This document shows positions 26,161 to 39,785 of a stretch of DNA of 64,000 bases, in pieces (position 1 is the stretch's first letter; every line of letters begins with the position of its first letter). Location of the stretch: the NCBI RefSeq assembly GCF_009914755.1, contig NC_060947.1, one strand, 5' to 3'. A model generated the notes under the pieces. That model was not told the DNA's origin. It was given only the letters and a program-made list of their open reading frames with translations, and did not search any database. This DNA comes from the human T2T-CHM13v2.0 reference genome, Homo sapiens. The translations under genes were made by a program, and so were the position numbers.

Positions 26161-26393
26161 GAAATAAGCAAATGATGTCTCACTACAGTAAGGCAGCTTT
26201 AACAAATGAACAACTCTGTGGTATTTCCAGGCAATCAGAATGTGTCACATGCACAGAACAAGGAGTTTCTCTGAGGCAGGAGGAGAAGGGGGGAGGGAAA
26301 GGATGCTGTGCAAACAACTTTGTGGAGAATGACTGGTGGGCCACACCTTTGGCAGGATCCAGAGCGTGTCTCCCTCTGGAAGCCATGAGGTGA

Positions 26394-26865
<472 letters not shown>

Positions 26866-29278
26866 TCTAATACACCATTCATTCATGCATGCATGTATGA
26901 ATTCATTCATTCACTCATCCTGAGTGAAACAGACGAGGTTCTTGTTTTCATGGACATTATACTCTAGTGGAGGCAACACGTCTTTGATCAGAGATCTGCT
27001 AGCATGCAAACGCATCAACGTTATGCCAGGAGAGGCATCCACATCAGCAGGACAAATATTTGTTGGCCACTTGCACAAAGCCCCATGAAGGCCCTGAGAA
27101 CCTAAGGCCAGATCCTTGTCCCTCACAGTGGCCAGAACCCTTGGGGAAGGGTAAGAAAAGGCTGAAGGGAAGCTGCAGTAGGACTGGTGAGGACAAGGGC
27201 AGCTACAGAAGTCAAGACATGTTCTGTGCCACATTTGGTCTTCCTGTGGGGTTAGGATTATCCAGCTGTGAGACAGCTTTCTCATAACAGCTGCATCTCT
27301 CCACCCTCGCAGAAATGGCAGCTTCTCTCCCTCCCTGTCTGCTTCTCTCAATCCCCTCCCAAAGGAAAGAAGACAAACTTCTGGATGCCTCCTCCACCTG
27401 CTCCTTGCACACACCTTCAGCTTAGGTACCAGTTCTCATCATTTCCTGTGAAACCTCAGTCCCTTCCCTGCCTGGCTTTGGTCTAGGCCTGCTAACATTC
27501 CCAGAACAGTCCTGCTCAGAAAGTGAAAAGAGGACTTTGCCAGGGCAGGCGGCCTCCCTCAGGCCCCTGTTCCTCCCATGGATGGCAAGAGCTACAACTC
27601 ATTGAGCATCTACCATTTGCCAGGCCCTCTGTTGAGAACAACCCAGCCAGAGGGGTCTTACAATTATGCCCATTTTGTTGGTGGAAAAACTGATTCCACA
27701 GGGAGATTAAATAACTAGCCTAAAGGTACATAAAGGCTGGGCTTCCCAGGCTTCCCTTCGACTGGGAGAGCTGTGAAGGCCACGCCCCTCCATGCATTTT
27801 GTTTCCTGGGAAAAGCAGTCCCCACAGCCTCTCCTTCAACACCGAGTGCATGTGCCTGCAGAGGCATGCAGGAAACAGTATGAGAGCATCACATTTCTTC
27901 AAAGTGGAGGCCAGGTCCTTCCCAGTAAAGTCATTGAACTGTTGTTCTTTTTTCCCCCACAAGGGGCCTCGTCTGTCCCTCTGGTCACCGGAGTTCCTCC
28001 TGTCCTTGGGGACTGCAGCCCGAAGTGGCTATGGTTCTGTTACTGGAGGGCTTGAGGGGCCTCCATCCTCTCAGCCTACTTCTGGTTACTCACCTGTCCC
28101 CAGCCTGCCTTCCAGAGACAGATGTCACATGGGTTGGAGGGCATCTCAGCACCAATGAGCTACAGAGAGGCCCTTGCATCCCCTGCTGTGACTCAAGTCT
28201 CTGGGAAAAACGCTGAGGCCCAGTGGGATGAAGGACAGAGGACAGGCCAAGGTGTGGGTAGAGGGGAGCAGTATGCAGGATCTCAGGGCAAAGGGGAAAA
28301 ACCCCTGGCCCAAACCTCACTTCCACCTCCTTCAACAGGACAGCTCCAGATCTGCCTGACTACTCAGCCAAAGCAGGCCTGAGAGTAGCCCTGGGCTTTT
28401 CTCTAGAGAGCTGCTGGCCCTGAGACAGGCTTGCCTGCCTCCACCTAGTCCCCACCAAGTATGGCGCTGGCCTTGGGACACCCAGGCAAAGGAACATGAA
28501 CTTGGCCTTCATCATGCACCCTCCCACCTCCCAGAAAGCCTCGTTCGGTCTTTCTCACTACATCTCCTCCTCTTGCTGTTCAACCTGCCAGCAAGCACCC
28601 CACTCTGACTCTGAGTCAGCAGCTGAGGTGGTCTGGGTGCATCCAGTGGGAGCATAGTGGGTGTTGCTGCTGCAGGGGCTAATACTGGAAGCCTCGGCGA
28701 TGCCCTAAGAATACAAAACTATCTCATGAATTGTGGGTTCAAAGGGTGAGTCTGTGTCCCTGAGGACAAGCCAAGTAGCCAGATAGTGACTGGAGAGAAG
28801 GTGGAGGCCCATCTCCCCACTCAGACAAGCTGCTGATTAGCTTGGGCCTAGGGTGGGTGGGGGACCTCTTCAAATCAAGGAGCATCAAAGGAGCCGGTTG
28901 ATGCTCAAGCCCAGGGGGCATGAATTTCTTCAGAGGTGACAGGGAACATTTCGTTTGCGTTTTGCAAAACATTTTCAAATGGGTTTAAATGAGGGCACCC
29001 ATCCATTCCACCTGTCCCCATTATCCCCAGGGGTGTGGGAGTGGAGGTCAGTAAACAGTGGCAGTGTGGCTGGGTAGGAAGCAGGCAACCTGGATCTGCA
29101 AGTTGCTGGAGACCCTGGAGACCTCACCATCTTGGTTTGCAGCCAGTTGCTAGGGCCTCACCCCCATGTAGCCCATGTGCCCCCTGTATGGAGACAGTGG
29201 GGAAAAGACTCAGGGCCCAGGACAGATGAGGAGGTAGGGAGGGACTGGGAGACTAGCTCTGCTTGCAGACTTTTGGGG

Positions 29279-29643
29279 TGTATTAATCTGTTCTCACACT
29301 CCTATAAAGACATACCTGAGACTGGGTAATTTATTATTAAGAAAAGAGGTTTAATTGGCTCACGGTTCTGTGGGCCATACAGGCTTCTGCTTCTGGGGAT
29401 CAGGAAACTTACAATCATGGCAGAAGGTGAAGGGGAAGGAAGCACATCTTCACGTGGCCGGCAAGAGGTGGGGGGAGGTGCCACACACTTTTAAACAAGC
29501 AGATTTTGTTGAGAACTCTATCGTAAGAACAGCAAGGGGGAAGTCCTATGGTCCAATCACCTCCCACTAGGCCCCTACCTCTAACACTGGAGATTACAAT
29601 TTGCCGTGAGATTTGGGTGGGGATACAAAGCCAAACCATATCA
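29279..29643 (-). mobile_element. MST/THE1-type MaLR solo LTR
   Basis: tgtattaatctgttctcac...aaaccatatca termini; 5-bp TSD tgggg at 29274-29278 and 29644-29648. Confidence 0.88.
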
Positions 29644-30589
29644 TGGGGTCACAGAACTGTTATCTGAACCCCTCATCTAATTATTGCAAAGATCTAATTA
29701 TACCAGAGGCCGGTCTCCCTAGGGTCTGACCATTAGCCTGGAGCTCTCTCCCACCTCAGCCTTCACCCAGCCAACTCCTGCTCATCTGTCTGACTTAAGG
29801 GGTTCAGCTCTAAAGTTGCTTCTTCTGAGATCATCCCCCACCCTCACTGGGCTCCCAAAGGACCCCAACTTGACTTTGTCTAGTCCTGACTCTGCCCAGC
29901 CCATACTGGGATTTCTTATTTACTTCTTTCTCCAGGAGCAGGGGATAGTCTCCCACCTCATATCTGGCACTAGTAGGTGCTGAGGAAATATCTTCTGGAT
30001 GAATTGGTGCACAAATGAACGCCTAAGCCTTCCTGAGCCTGGTGTTCTCATCCTCACCCTCTTGTCGCAGGCACACCATTTATACACTCATGGAGTGTCA
30101 AGGTGGGCAGGGACATTAAAGCTGACATCTCAAGTCTCTTGCCGACTCTTTTTATTGATGAGTAAGCTGCAACTCAAAAAGGCTGACTAAAACTTACACA
30201 AGGCCACTTCTTACAGAGGTCACCAGGCTCTTGTTTCGGGAAGAGCAGAGGGTCAGACCCGCAGGTGCCATGGTGGGAGAACATGGCAGCCACTCACCTT
30301 CACCAGCCACGGGAGGCTCTGATGGGTCAGTGTTAGATGCCCGCAACCAACAAATAGGTGGATTTTAGGACTTGGAGAATAGCCTAAATTAGAGGTCAAG
30401 TATTTTGCTTTTTAAATTAAGCCATCTATCAAGGTAAGTTTCTTCCCCTACAACAATCACATCTTAAAACATATGCTGAAAATTTTCTCAAGATATGGGT
30501 TTTCCAATTGTAAAATATCAACAGCTTTGGTTTCTATGGAGCATGGAGACGGCTATCAATTATTTCTAGTCAAAGTAGGACTGTCTACC

Positions 30590-30804
30590 CAAGCTTGTCC
30601 AACTGGCGGCCCAAGGGTCGCATGCGGCCCAGACGGCTTTGAATGCGGCCCACACAAATTTGTAAACTTTCTTAAAACATTATGAGATTTTTTTTGCAAT
30701 TCTTTTTTTTATCTCATCAGCTATCATTAGTGTATTTTATGTGTGGTCCAAGACAATTCTTCTTCCAATGTGGCCCAGGGAAGCCAAAAGATTGAATACC
30801 CCTG
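30590..30804 (-). mobile_element. MER30 (hAT-Charlie)
   Basis: caagcttgtccaac...acaaatttgtaaactttcttaaaacattatgagattttttttgc...gtggcccagggaagccaaaagattg. Confidence 0.85.
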
Positions 30805-30809
30805 GATGC

Positions 30810-31130
30810 CCTTGTTGCTCAAAGTGGGGTCCTTGGAGCAGCAGCAGCAGCAGCACCCAGGATCTTGCTAGAAATACAAATCTCAGGCCACAGCCCAGAC
30901 CCACTGAATCAGAATCTGCCTTCCAAACAGGGCCCCAGGAGATGTGTATGCACATTAAAGTCTGAGAAGTGCTGGTCTACCACTGGTTCTCAGATTTTGC
31001 TATTCATTGGAGTAATCTGGAACTTAAAAAAAAAACCATGCCTAGGTCCTACCCCTAAGACTCTGATTTAATTATTCTAGGATGCAGCAGGTGATTCTAA
31101 TGTACAGTGAGGTTGCGGACCCTTAATCTA
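30810..31130. mobile_element. MER5A plus adjacent MER5-type element
   Basis: ctcaaagtggggtcc...gctagaaatacaaatctcaggcc...actgaatcagaatctgc; caggtgattctaatgtacag. Confidence 0.7.
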
Positions 31131-32377
31131 AAGGCCAGAGCACACGACTGCTGGTCTGCTGACCTTCTCAATCGCCCATCTTCCTTCTTACTTCCCAGAA
31201 AAGACTGAGGCTATCAACACACCAAACTCCCTCCTCTTCCCCCCCGGCCCCCGCAGTGTCTCCCCATGTGCCCTCACCCCCAGGAAGACGTGAGATGGCT
31301 CTCCCTCTTGCAAGGCTGACTTCCCAGAGACCTCTGCTAAGAATCTTGCCCCTTCCATCAATGCCCTATTCTGAGTCTATTTTGTGCTTTCCATTCAGTA
31401 CTTAAACCAAACCTTCAATGACTAACCTAATTCTGCATAAAAATCACCAGCCACTCTCTATGAGCCAAGTAAGAAAAGCATAATTTTCATCATTTAATTC
31501 TACATGTACATGGTTTTACCATTCGGGACTTGAGATGCACTAAATATCTAAGAAGTAATTCCAACTGGGTAACAACTGGTTTTCCTCTCCCCATAGGGTA
31601 TAATAATTGTCAATTACTTGCCCCAGTGGTTAAATTTTCTAAGCTTTAAACATCAGTACAGGTCCTTTTTACCAAAGCTGTGAACATAATTACCACATGA
31701 ATGTAGTCTCAAATTGGTTAAAATATGAGGAATACACAAAATAGTCACCTGCCTTATGGTCGACTGCCTTTTACATCCAGAGGTCTACACAGCCCTCTGA
31801 AGGGAATATGAATGCCCAGATTAGCTTTACAGATGAGTTCCCTGACACGCTAATTCATTTATGAAAACAGTAGTGACCACAAACATTGCAACTGGGACTA
31901 AACTTCATGAGGACGGACAGTGGCTACGGGGAAGATCTGTTAGGGAGGACAGAGTACAAATATTATCTCTGATCTGATATTTGTGAAAAATAGGAGAAGT
32001 GGAGCCAAGCGTCAGAAACTGGCCATAAACAGCAGGAGGGCCCAAGGTCTTCCCAGTGAGAGGAGGTAAGGTCATGCCCTGAGGTATCATAAAACTTATT
32101 TATGTTTGTTTTATCATCTAATCTTTTTAATTCCTGTTTTTTATTTTATAGTGTATGTAATAAATATAGGAAGGCATATAAATCTAATTATATATGTGTG
32201 TGCATGTGTGTGTGTGTTAAGGGGAGTGCTCAAAATTTTTTTTTTCTAATAGGAGTGTGAGAATGAAAACGTTACAACTCAGCAGGAGAAATGAAGCTCT
32301 CAGGGCCCAGGGAGACTTCCAGGGTGCCCCTGCCTTAACAAGTCTTAGTGTTACTGGCCCAACCTACCCCTTCTGGG

Positions 32378-32760
<383 letters not shown>

Positions 32761-34399
32761 TGACTCCCAGACCCGTTCTCCTTCCTTAAAGGCACATTAC
32801 CCCACCTGTTGCCTCTGTTTCACATTTCAAAGGATGTTGAGGAGCACTTGAGTTTAACACACGAGCTATAGAGTCAGCACAGTCAGTCACCCAAGATTAG
32901 AACATCTCTATTGGAACCAGCATCTAACGCCAAAGTATGTGGGATGGCTTTATTCAACCAACAAAATGTCAAAAAGTTTGACAGGTGAGGAGCTTGCTCA
33001 AAAAAAGAACACCCCCATGCCTTGACTCAGTGATATCCAAAAGATAAGTCATTGAAATGAAGAGATTCAGGACACACATGAACTTTTCATGACTGTTGGA
33101 ATGTTGTTTTATACATCTGGGACTCAGTTTCCTCTTTTGTAACATGGGGGACTGCCCTACTCTCACTCAGGCCTCCTTGGAGCCAGTGGTGCCTGCTGGG
33201 GAGGAGTCAAACCTAGCCTCCCAGGAGCTGCCGGAGGAGGAATTGCTGTGGGCCCCAAAGGATGGGCAAGTGGGAGCACCAAGGAGGAATTGGAGGGAGG
33301 ACGCCACCAGCTCCCAGGCCTGGTTTTCCAAGCCCCTACTACCTTCAGCCTGCCCGCAAAGGATCTATGATGGGTTTGGGGGCCCACACGGGCCTGACTG
33401 CAGGGCTACAGTATGGAACTAGATTTGTGGCCATTCATTTTTATTCATTCTTTCAAAAATGATGTGGGCACCTACTGTGTGCCAGGCATGCATCTCTTAT
33501 TCCTCCAACCTGATACCACTTTCTTTGTAGGCAGGTTGCCATCTCTCTTGGCTCCATTCTGAAGATATTAACCAAATCCATATTATCCCAGGATTATCTG
33601 CTTTTAACAGGGCTCCTTTAAGGCTCACATTTCCTGCAGAGGTAAAGGAGTAAGTCTCTAAGGTAAGAATGCCAGTCCCTAGACAGCTGGAAGGGGTGAT
33701 ATTCATGCAAGGATCTCTCTAAGGAAAGGAACAAATGTATATTTTCTAGAGATGGCTGCTCCTGATACTAACAGGAATGAACTGCCTTCCTCAGGTCTTG
33801 GCAAACCTCAGCATCACAGAAGAAAATCATAAAGAGCTGCTGGTGGTGGTAGGGAACACTCACCTGGACAGGGGACTGTGAGAGTCAGCAAGTGCCCATC
33901 CCTGCATTGGGCCAATGCCCTACAGTTCGGTTGGACACCCAGAACCCCAAGCACCCTCAGGTGCTGCTGCTGGAACAGCCATCTCATGCAGGAGCTCAGG
34001 TCACGTTTAAGGTCTTGGGCCAAGGTCTATCATCTTAAAGAGCTACGGTTTTTGGACATTTTTCTGGCAACAAAGAAACCTCTTAAATTTGGAACAAAGA
34101 GGAGGAAAAAACCTGCCTCTGGAAGAGAAAATACTTCTAATTAGATTGAGATACAAAGGTTAAATTTTTGTTCTGGGAAAAAGACTGTTTATAATCCTGT
34201 GTCATTAGCAGGACATTTTCCAGAGACCAGTGTGCCAGAAATAGACCCTCTGAGGGGTCACTGGAAGGAAGGGGTGCAGATTTCTGAAGTACAAAGAACT
34301 GGAGTTCAGATTTTCCCCTTCTTCTAATGCATGTGAATCCCTTGCCACCCTTTGGCATGGAGACAGTGTCAGCCTCACCCTGGGCCCTGGGCCCCCTAT

Positions 34400-34640
34400 G
34401 AGAGTGGTTAGGAGTATAAGCTTTGAACTTAGACAGGCCTAGGTTCAAACTTCAGCTCTGCCTAATTTTGCTAGCTGTGTGACCTGGGGCAAGTAAGTTC
34501 TCAGCCTCAGTTTCTCTCTGTGTAAAATGATTAAAAAAAAAAACCTGTCACATTGGGTGGTTGTAATGATTAAAGGAGATAAGCTAAGTGAAGTACTTGG
34601 CACAGTGCCTGACACACAGAAAGTGCTCAGTAAATCATGG
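34400..34640 (+). mobile_element. MIR followed by a (CAT)-rich low-complexity tract to about 34800
   Basis: ctagctgtgtgacctggggcaag...cctcagtttc...cttggcacagtgcctgacacacagaaagtgctcagtaaat. Confidence 0.75.
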
Positions 34641-36616
34641 CAATTATTGTATTGTCATCATCATCACTGGTACCATCATCAATGTCATTAGCATTATTGT
34701 TGTCAGCACTGTCGATACAGTCTTCATCTTCACCATCATTCTCATTGTCAGTGCCATCATCATCATTGTGCCATTGGCATCATTGGCATCATCAGATCCA
34801 CCGGCCATATTTCTTGTGAGCATCTTGAGTAGTATCACCCATGCTCCCTTTGCACCTGAATGGCTTTATTCATTCGCAACCCTGTTTGTTCAAAGATTCA
34901 TGTAAAAATCAGCTACTAGGAACTAAGAAGGCACTTACCATAAGCTTGGTGTTACACCTGACGGGAAGGTTTCCAGGCCAGCCCACAAAAACCCACCTAA
35001 CACCCAACATAGCTGAAATGAGCATTTGAAGTGAAAACAGAAAACAATGCTCTCCCAATGTTAGAAATTAAATATAGTGGGAAGACAAATAAATACACAA
35101 ATCTGTTTCTCATTCAGACTGAAAGCCTGGGGGAGAAAGAAAAGGTGGCCAGAACCTTTTGTATCTTGAATATGGACTCATGAGCACTTTCAAGGGTTCG
35201 GAAGTTACTGCTGATTGACCGCACATAATTTCACTTCATATCCTTCAGTTTTCCTTCTCCTTTGCACGAGAGCTTAAGTAGCTCTCCTCTCCTACTTTTC
35301 AGTGGCGATGAAGCTCATTTTCTCACTCACAAAAACATGGAAGAAGTGGAAGCGGAGAGGATGAGGGTAAGGATAAGAGGGAGAGAGAAAGCAAAGAGCC
35401 TTTTTGAGGTAACTAGGCAAGAGTCGAAGGAGAGAAGATTCAAAAGTTCATGTAGGTCCAAAGGAAAGATTGGTTAGCTATAACAGAAGAGTGAAAGAAC
35501 ACAGAGAAACTGAGGAAAGCTGTGAGGAAAACACTGAATGAGAGTTACTTAGCTGGCCACAAGGGGATGCTGTAACCTACAATAGCTTGGTTGCAGGACA
35601 GCAGGGTGGAGGGAGAGACAGGACTGGAACTTCTTAGCACAGTGAGGACATGGTAAAAAAAATAAAATATAGCATTGTTTACAAGTCTGAGTACTGCAAG
35701 TACTTAGGGAAGGTGCTCCAAATTTGGGCAGAACTTCTCCTATGCCTCTAAAATCATCAAGCACATCCCCTTGTGGCTTGGCTGAGTTATCAGTCCCAGG
35801 AAAAAAATCTAAATGTACCTTCTTTCTGTGTCTAATATTTATTTTTGCCTACCCGCCAGCTCCTCCAATCTCTCCTTGGATAGTCAGAATTATTAGATTT
35901 CTCCCATCAAAATTGGGTTTTCCAGAAAGAAGCTGATAAACTCATTCTCAATGAGGTGCATGACTGATAAGGCTGAAGTATTATGTTCCTTTATTGGTAT
36001 AATAAAGATAATCCAGCCAGTAATAAAGCTATGGACAAAGAAATGAAACTATAATTGAGTCATTTCAGATACTGGTCATGGGGAGGAACCTTCCTAGCTG
36101 TCTTGAAATCTCTCCATAGAGATAAGAACCGACAACTATGATTAAGTTTGCGGGGCCCATTGGAAGGCACCTGAGATCAAATAAAGGGGGCAGGGGCGTG
36201 ACCTTGACCCTTAAGCACTCAGAACTAAGGAAGGACATGAATGTGAGTCAATTATTCATTCCTTTACAGACACAATCAGCAAACACTTATTGCTCACCCA
36301 ACATGAACCTCCTGAGTACGTGCCTCCCTGGTGCAGAGATTTTAGCAGCATCCAAAGTTGTCCAGGGCCCTGTTACTGAACTGGCTACCTCCTGAAACGC
36401 TGGTTTCTGTCTTACCAGGTTTCCATGCAGAAGTTAGGGCTCTCAAAGGACTGCACTCCCATGCACAACACCCTACTGCAGCGCTACAGCCACAATGGCA
36501 ACTTCATGACCATCACCTATTATGTGCTTTGAATCATTACTAACGATGGTGATGAACAGGGCAAGGGGAGTGAAGAGAGGAGGCTGTTGGGTTTTGGTGA
36601 ACTCAACTAGCTAGTT

Positions 36617-37080
36617 GTCTTAGCTTGGGCTCCCCCACAAACAGACCCTGAGGCAAGGATTAACTGAAAGTAATTTATTTGGGAGAAGATCCCAGACAAC
36701 ACCAGTAGAGGAGTGAAGTGGTGAGACAGGGAAAGCAAGGAAGCCAATTTATCAAACAAGTTACCACTGTGGGCAACTGAAGCTCAATTCCACTGGGGAG
36801 ACCTCAGAGTCATCTCAACCGAGAGGCTAGGAAGTTGGGCTGTTTATTCACCCGCCCCCATCCATCACTGGCCAAGGGCTGCTCCTGGAGGATGTAGTCA
36901 TTCCTTGGCACTTCCAGCTAGCCCAGCATGCAGATCTAGTGTGCTCCTGAGACAAAAACCAAAAACCAAAAACTCACACCTTTAGGGAGCATCATGGATG
37001 TTTGCAGTAAGTAGCATTTGGTGTATAAGAGGCCAGTCTGGGCAGGAAATGGCAGGACACCGACAAATGTCTGCTACACC
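36617..37080 (-). mobile_element. ERVL LTR16-like solo LTR
   Basis: tgtcttagcttgggctcccc...cagaccctgaggcaagga...tttatttgggag...ccactgtgggcaactgaagctcaattccactgggga; similar element at 59390. Confidence 0.6.
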
Positions 37081-37541
37081 AGCCATGGCCTGGAAAGTCT
37101 CAATGCTTATGTGAATATCGAAATGTCATTAATTTAGGCCACCATGACCAAATGTTTCCCCAGTTGGTGGTACCTTCTGTAACCCCTGTGAAGAAGACAC
37201 TCCTTTATAATAACAATGCTCACACTACAGGGGAATCAGCTCAAAAGGGGTGTGACTCAAGATCTTATAAAAAAAACAAGACACACGAGGGGGCCAGAGA
37301 TGACTATCTTTCCAAAAGCAAAACGTTCAAGAGATGGTCAGCATAGCTAATGTGTTCCTTTGCTAAAATATAACTGGGGCCCTCCAGAAAGTTCTTTGAA
37401 TCATATTTGTGCTGGCTGGAATGCAAGATGTTCCTGGGATGAGTCACAGAGGGAGTTTCTTTTCTGGTGATCTTGTGTTCCAACTCGGGGACCAAAAATC
37501 AATAAATAAACACTACTTCACTTCATCAGCTGCATGCTGCC

Positions 37542-37577
<36 letters not shown>
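37542..37577. repeat. (TAA)12 microsatellite
   Basis: Direct count. Confidence 0.95.
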
Positions 37578-37578
<1 letters not shown>

Positions 37579-37935
37579 CTCGACCCGAGAAGTACAGACA
37601 ATGCAGGAAAGAGAGGGTGAAGAGTACTCATCTTTTAGACAGGGAAGCTTCTTTCTGGAATTCTGTTTTGTCAAAAGCAGAACAACATCCTCCGCAGAAT
37701 CTTAGGGTTGGTGAGGCTTTTGAAGTCCCTAAAAACTCACTGTATGTGTCCTAAAGCAAGTATCATGGTTGGAGCTAATATAGCATAAACAATACGAAGT
37801 TGGGGTGGGGGAAGGAAAAAGATCGGCTGTATAACATCTGGCTAGTTAGCAATAACGATTATAGGTATTATTTCCTATTTTATTGGGGGAAGAGTTCCAG
37901 AATGCATGTGTTTGCACACATACATGTGCACACGT

Positions 37936-37936
<1 letters not shown>

Positions 37937-37970
<34 letters not shown>
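37937..37970. repeat. (CA)17 microsatellite
   Basis: Direct count. Confidence 0.95.
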
Positions 37971-37974
<4 letters not shown>

Positions 37975-38326
37975 GGCCAAGTAGGAGTGAAGCCACCTGT
38001 TGTCCCTCTAATAGTCAAGGGGGATCCTTAAATCAGGATTCTCCCTCCTCACCTGTTCCACCTCAGGTATTTTTTTCCCTCTGAATTCCAGTCATCAAAT
38101 CTTTATTGTTGCAGCTGACCTGTGAACTGGACCTTGCCACATGAGTAGGATTTTGGCGCAGGAGATGGTGGAATGGAGGAGGGTTTTCCAAAAGTGCAGG
38201 ACAGAAGGAAAGGCAGAAGAGGACAGGTGTGTCTGGGGCAGGCTAGTAGGTTAGGTGCCTGAAGCCCAGGGCTGGTGAGGCTTAGCGGAGAGTCAAGAGT
38301 GCTTCAAACATTAGAGGGGTTATCTA

Positions 38327-38406
38327 TTAGGTTCATGCAAAAGTAATTGCGGTTTTTGCCATTCCTTTCAATGGTAAAAACTGCAATTAATTTTGCACCA
38401 ACCTAG
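38327..38406. mobile_element. MADE1 (Hsmar1-derived 80-bp MITE)
   Basis: ttaggttcatgcaaaagtaattgcggtttttgccatt...aatggtaaaaactgcaattaattttgcaccaacctag, TA on both flanks. Confidence 0.92.
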
Positions 38407-39347
38407 TAGCTCTTTTAAAGGGTGTTCAGAATCACCCATCAATTAACCTTGTGCCCTAAAGGACTGACAACTCAACCGACACAATCTTGATGTTCTCTCA
38501 GGCCCTGACGAGCAGGAAGCCATCAATTCACTAGTGAGCCATTAGGTTGGGAGGAAAAGATAAAACCGTTTAATTTGCAGGGCTTTGCTAGCTCCTCCTC
38601 CTCCTCCTCCTCCTCTTTCTTGTTCTTTCTTTCTTTCTTTCATTCTTTTTCTTTCTCTCTCTCTCTCTCTCTTCCCCCCACCCCCACTTACTCCCTCTCA
38701 CACGCACACTGACAAGTTGATAATAAACCATTTACTAAGCATTTACCATGCTCCCCACTAGGTATTTCACATTTATTTTCTCATCTCAGTTTCTAAGCAT
38801 CCCCAGCAGACTGGTACCACCTTGGTGTGACTGGGTTTGTTGGATTGTTGCTTCCCATCCCGCCAACTCCCCACCCCCAGGAACTGAGCTGTGAATCCCC
38901 GGGAATGGTTGTTTTGATGGGAGGGAGGGTCAGAGCTTTCCAGAACATGCACAACGTTCACTGCAGGGAAGGCACTTCTGGAGGAGATGGAAGAGAGACA
39001 GCAAAGGAGCAAAGGTTCCTGGTTGCGTGCAGAGAGCAGGTGGGAGTAGAGAAAGGCAGGAAGGAAGAAGTAGAGATGTCTTCGGTCTCTGACCAGAACC
39101 TAGGATTTCTCAGCCTGCATCTGCACCTCAGGCAGGTCTGCCTAGCTTTGCTGTCTTGGCCCAGCCCTGCTTGGACTTCCCTCTCCACCATTACCACTGC
39201 AGCTAGCGAATATTGGCCCATGAAGGACACAGCTTGAAATAGGTGCTCCCTTTTCTTTTTGGAGCTCAATTCTCACTTCCCATGCCTCTGGTCCAGCTTG
39301 CATCCCAGGCAGGGGTTCATTCCCGTGCTTCCCAGAAATATTTCATC

Positions 39348-39785
39348 TGTGGCTGACTGGCCAGCTGTTCACCAAACCCATCTCATCTTCTTCCTGGACT
39401 ACATTTTCCAGCCTCCCTTGCAGTTGGGTGTGGCCATGTGCCTGAGTTCTAGCAAAGGGAACGTGAGTTGAAAGTGAGGGGCACCACTTCCAGGCCTGGA
39501 TCCTACAAAGCTTCCTTCCACATGTGATGCTCCAACCCTTTTCCCCTTCCCCTCAGCTTGATGCAAAAGGACCTTTTAGAAGCTCCCTGTTGAAGATAGT
39601 GGAGCCACAGGATGGAAGGGCCTGCATGCCTGAATCACGGCTTGCAGGGGGAAGGGCCGCCTGCCATCAGGAAAAACCATTTGGGGCTTTAAGTGAGTGA
39701 GAAATCAACTTCTATTGTGTTTGAGCCACGGTACTCTTGCAATGTGTCAGTAAGCAAAGCTAGCATTACCTTAAGTAATGCAGAG
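39348..39785 (+). mobile_element. MaLR LTR (MLT1H/I/J-like)
   Basis: gactacattttccagcctcccttgcagttgggtgtggccatgtgcctgagttctagc; tgaagatagtggagccacaggatggaagg. Confidence 0.65.

Noticed and set aside
34588-34905. Hydrophobic membrane-like ORF and Met-rich antisense ORF
   Set aside because: Translation of a MIR end plus (CAT)-rich low-complexity sequence.
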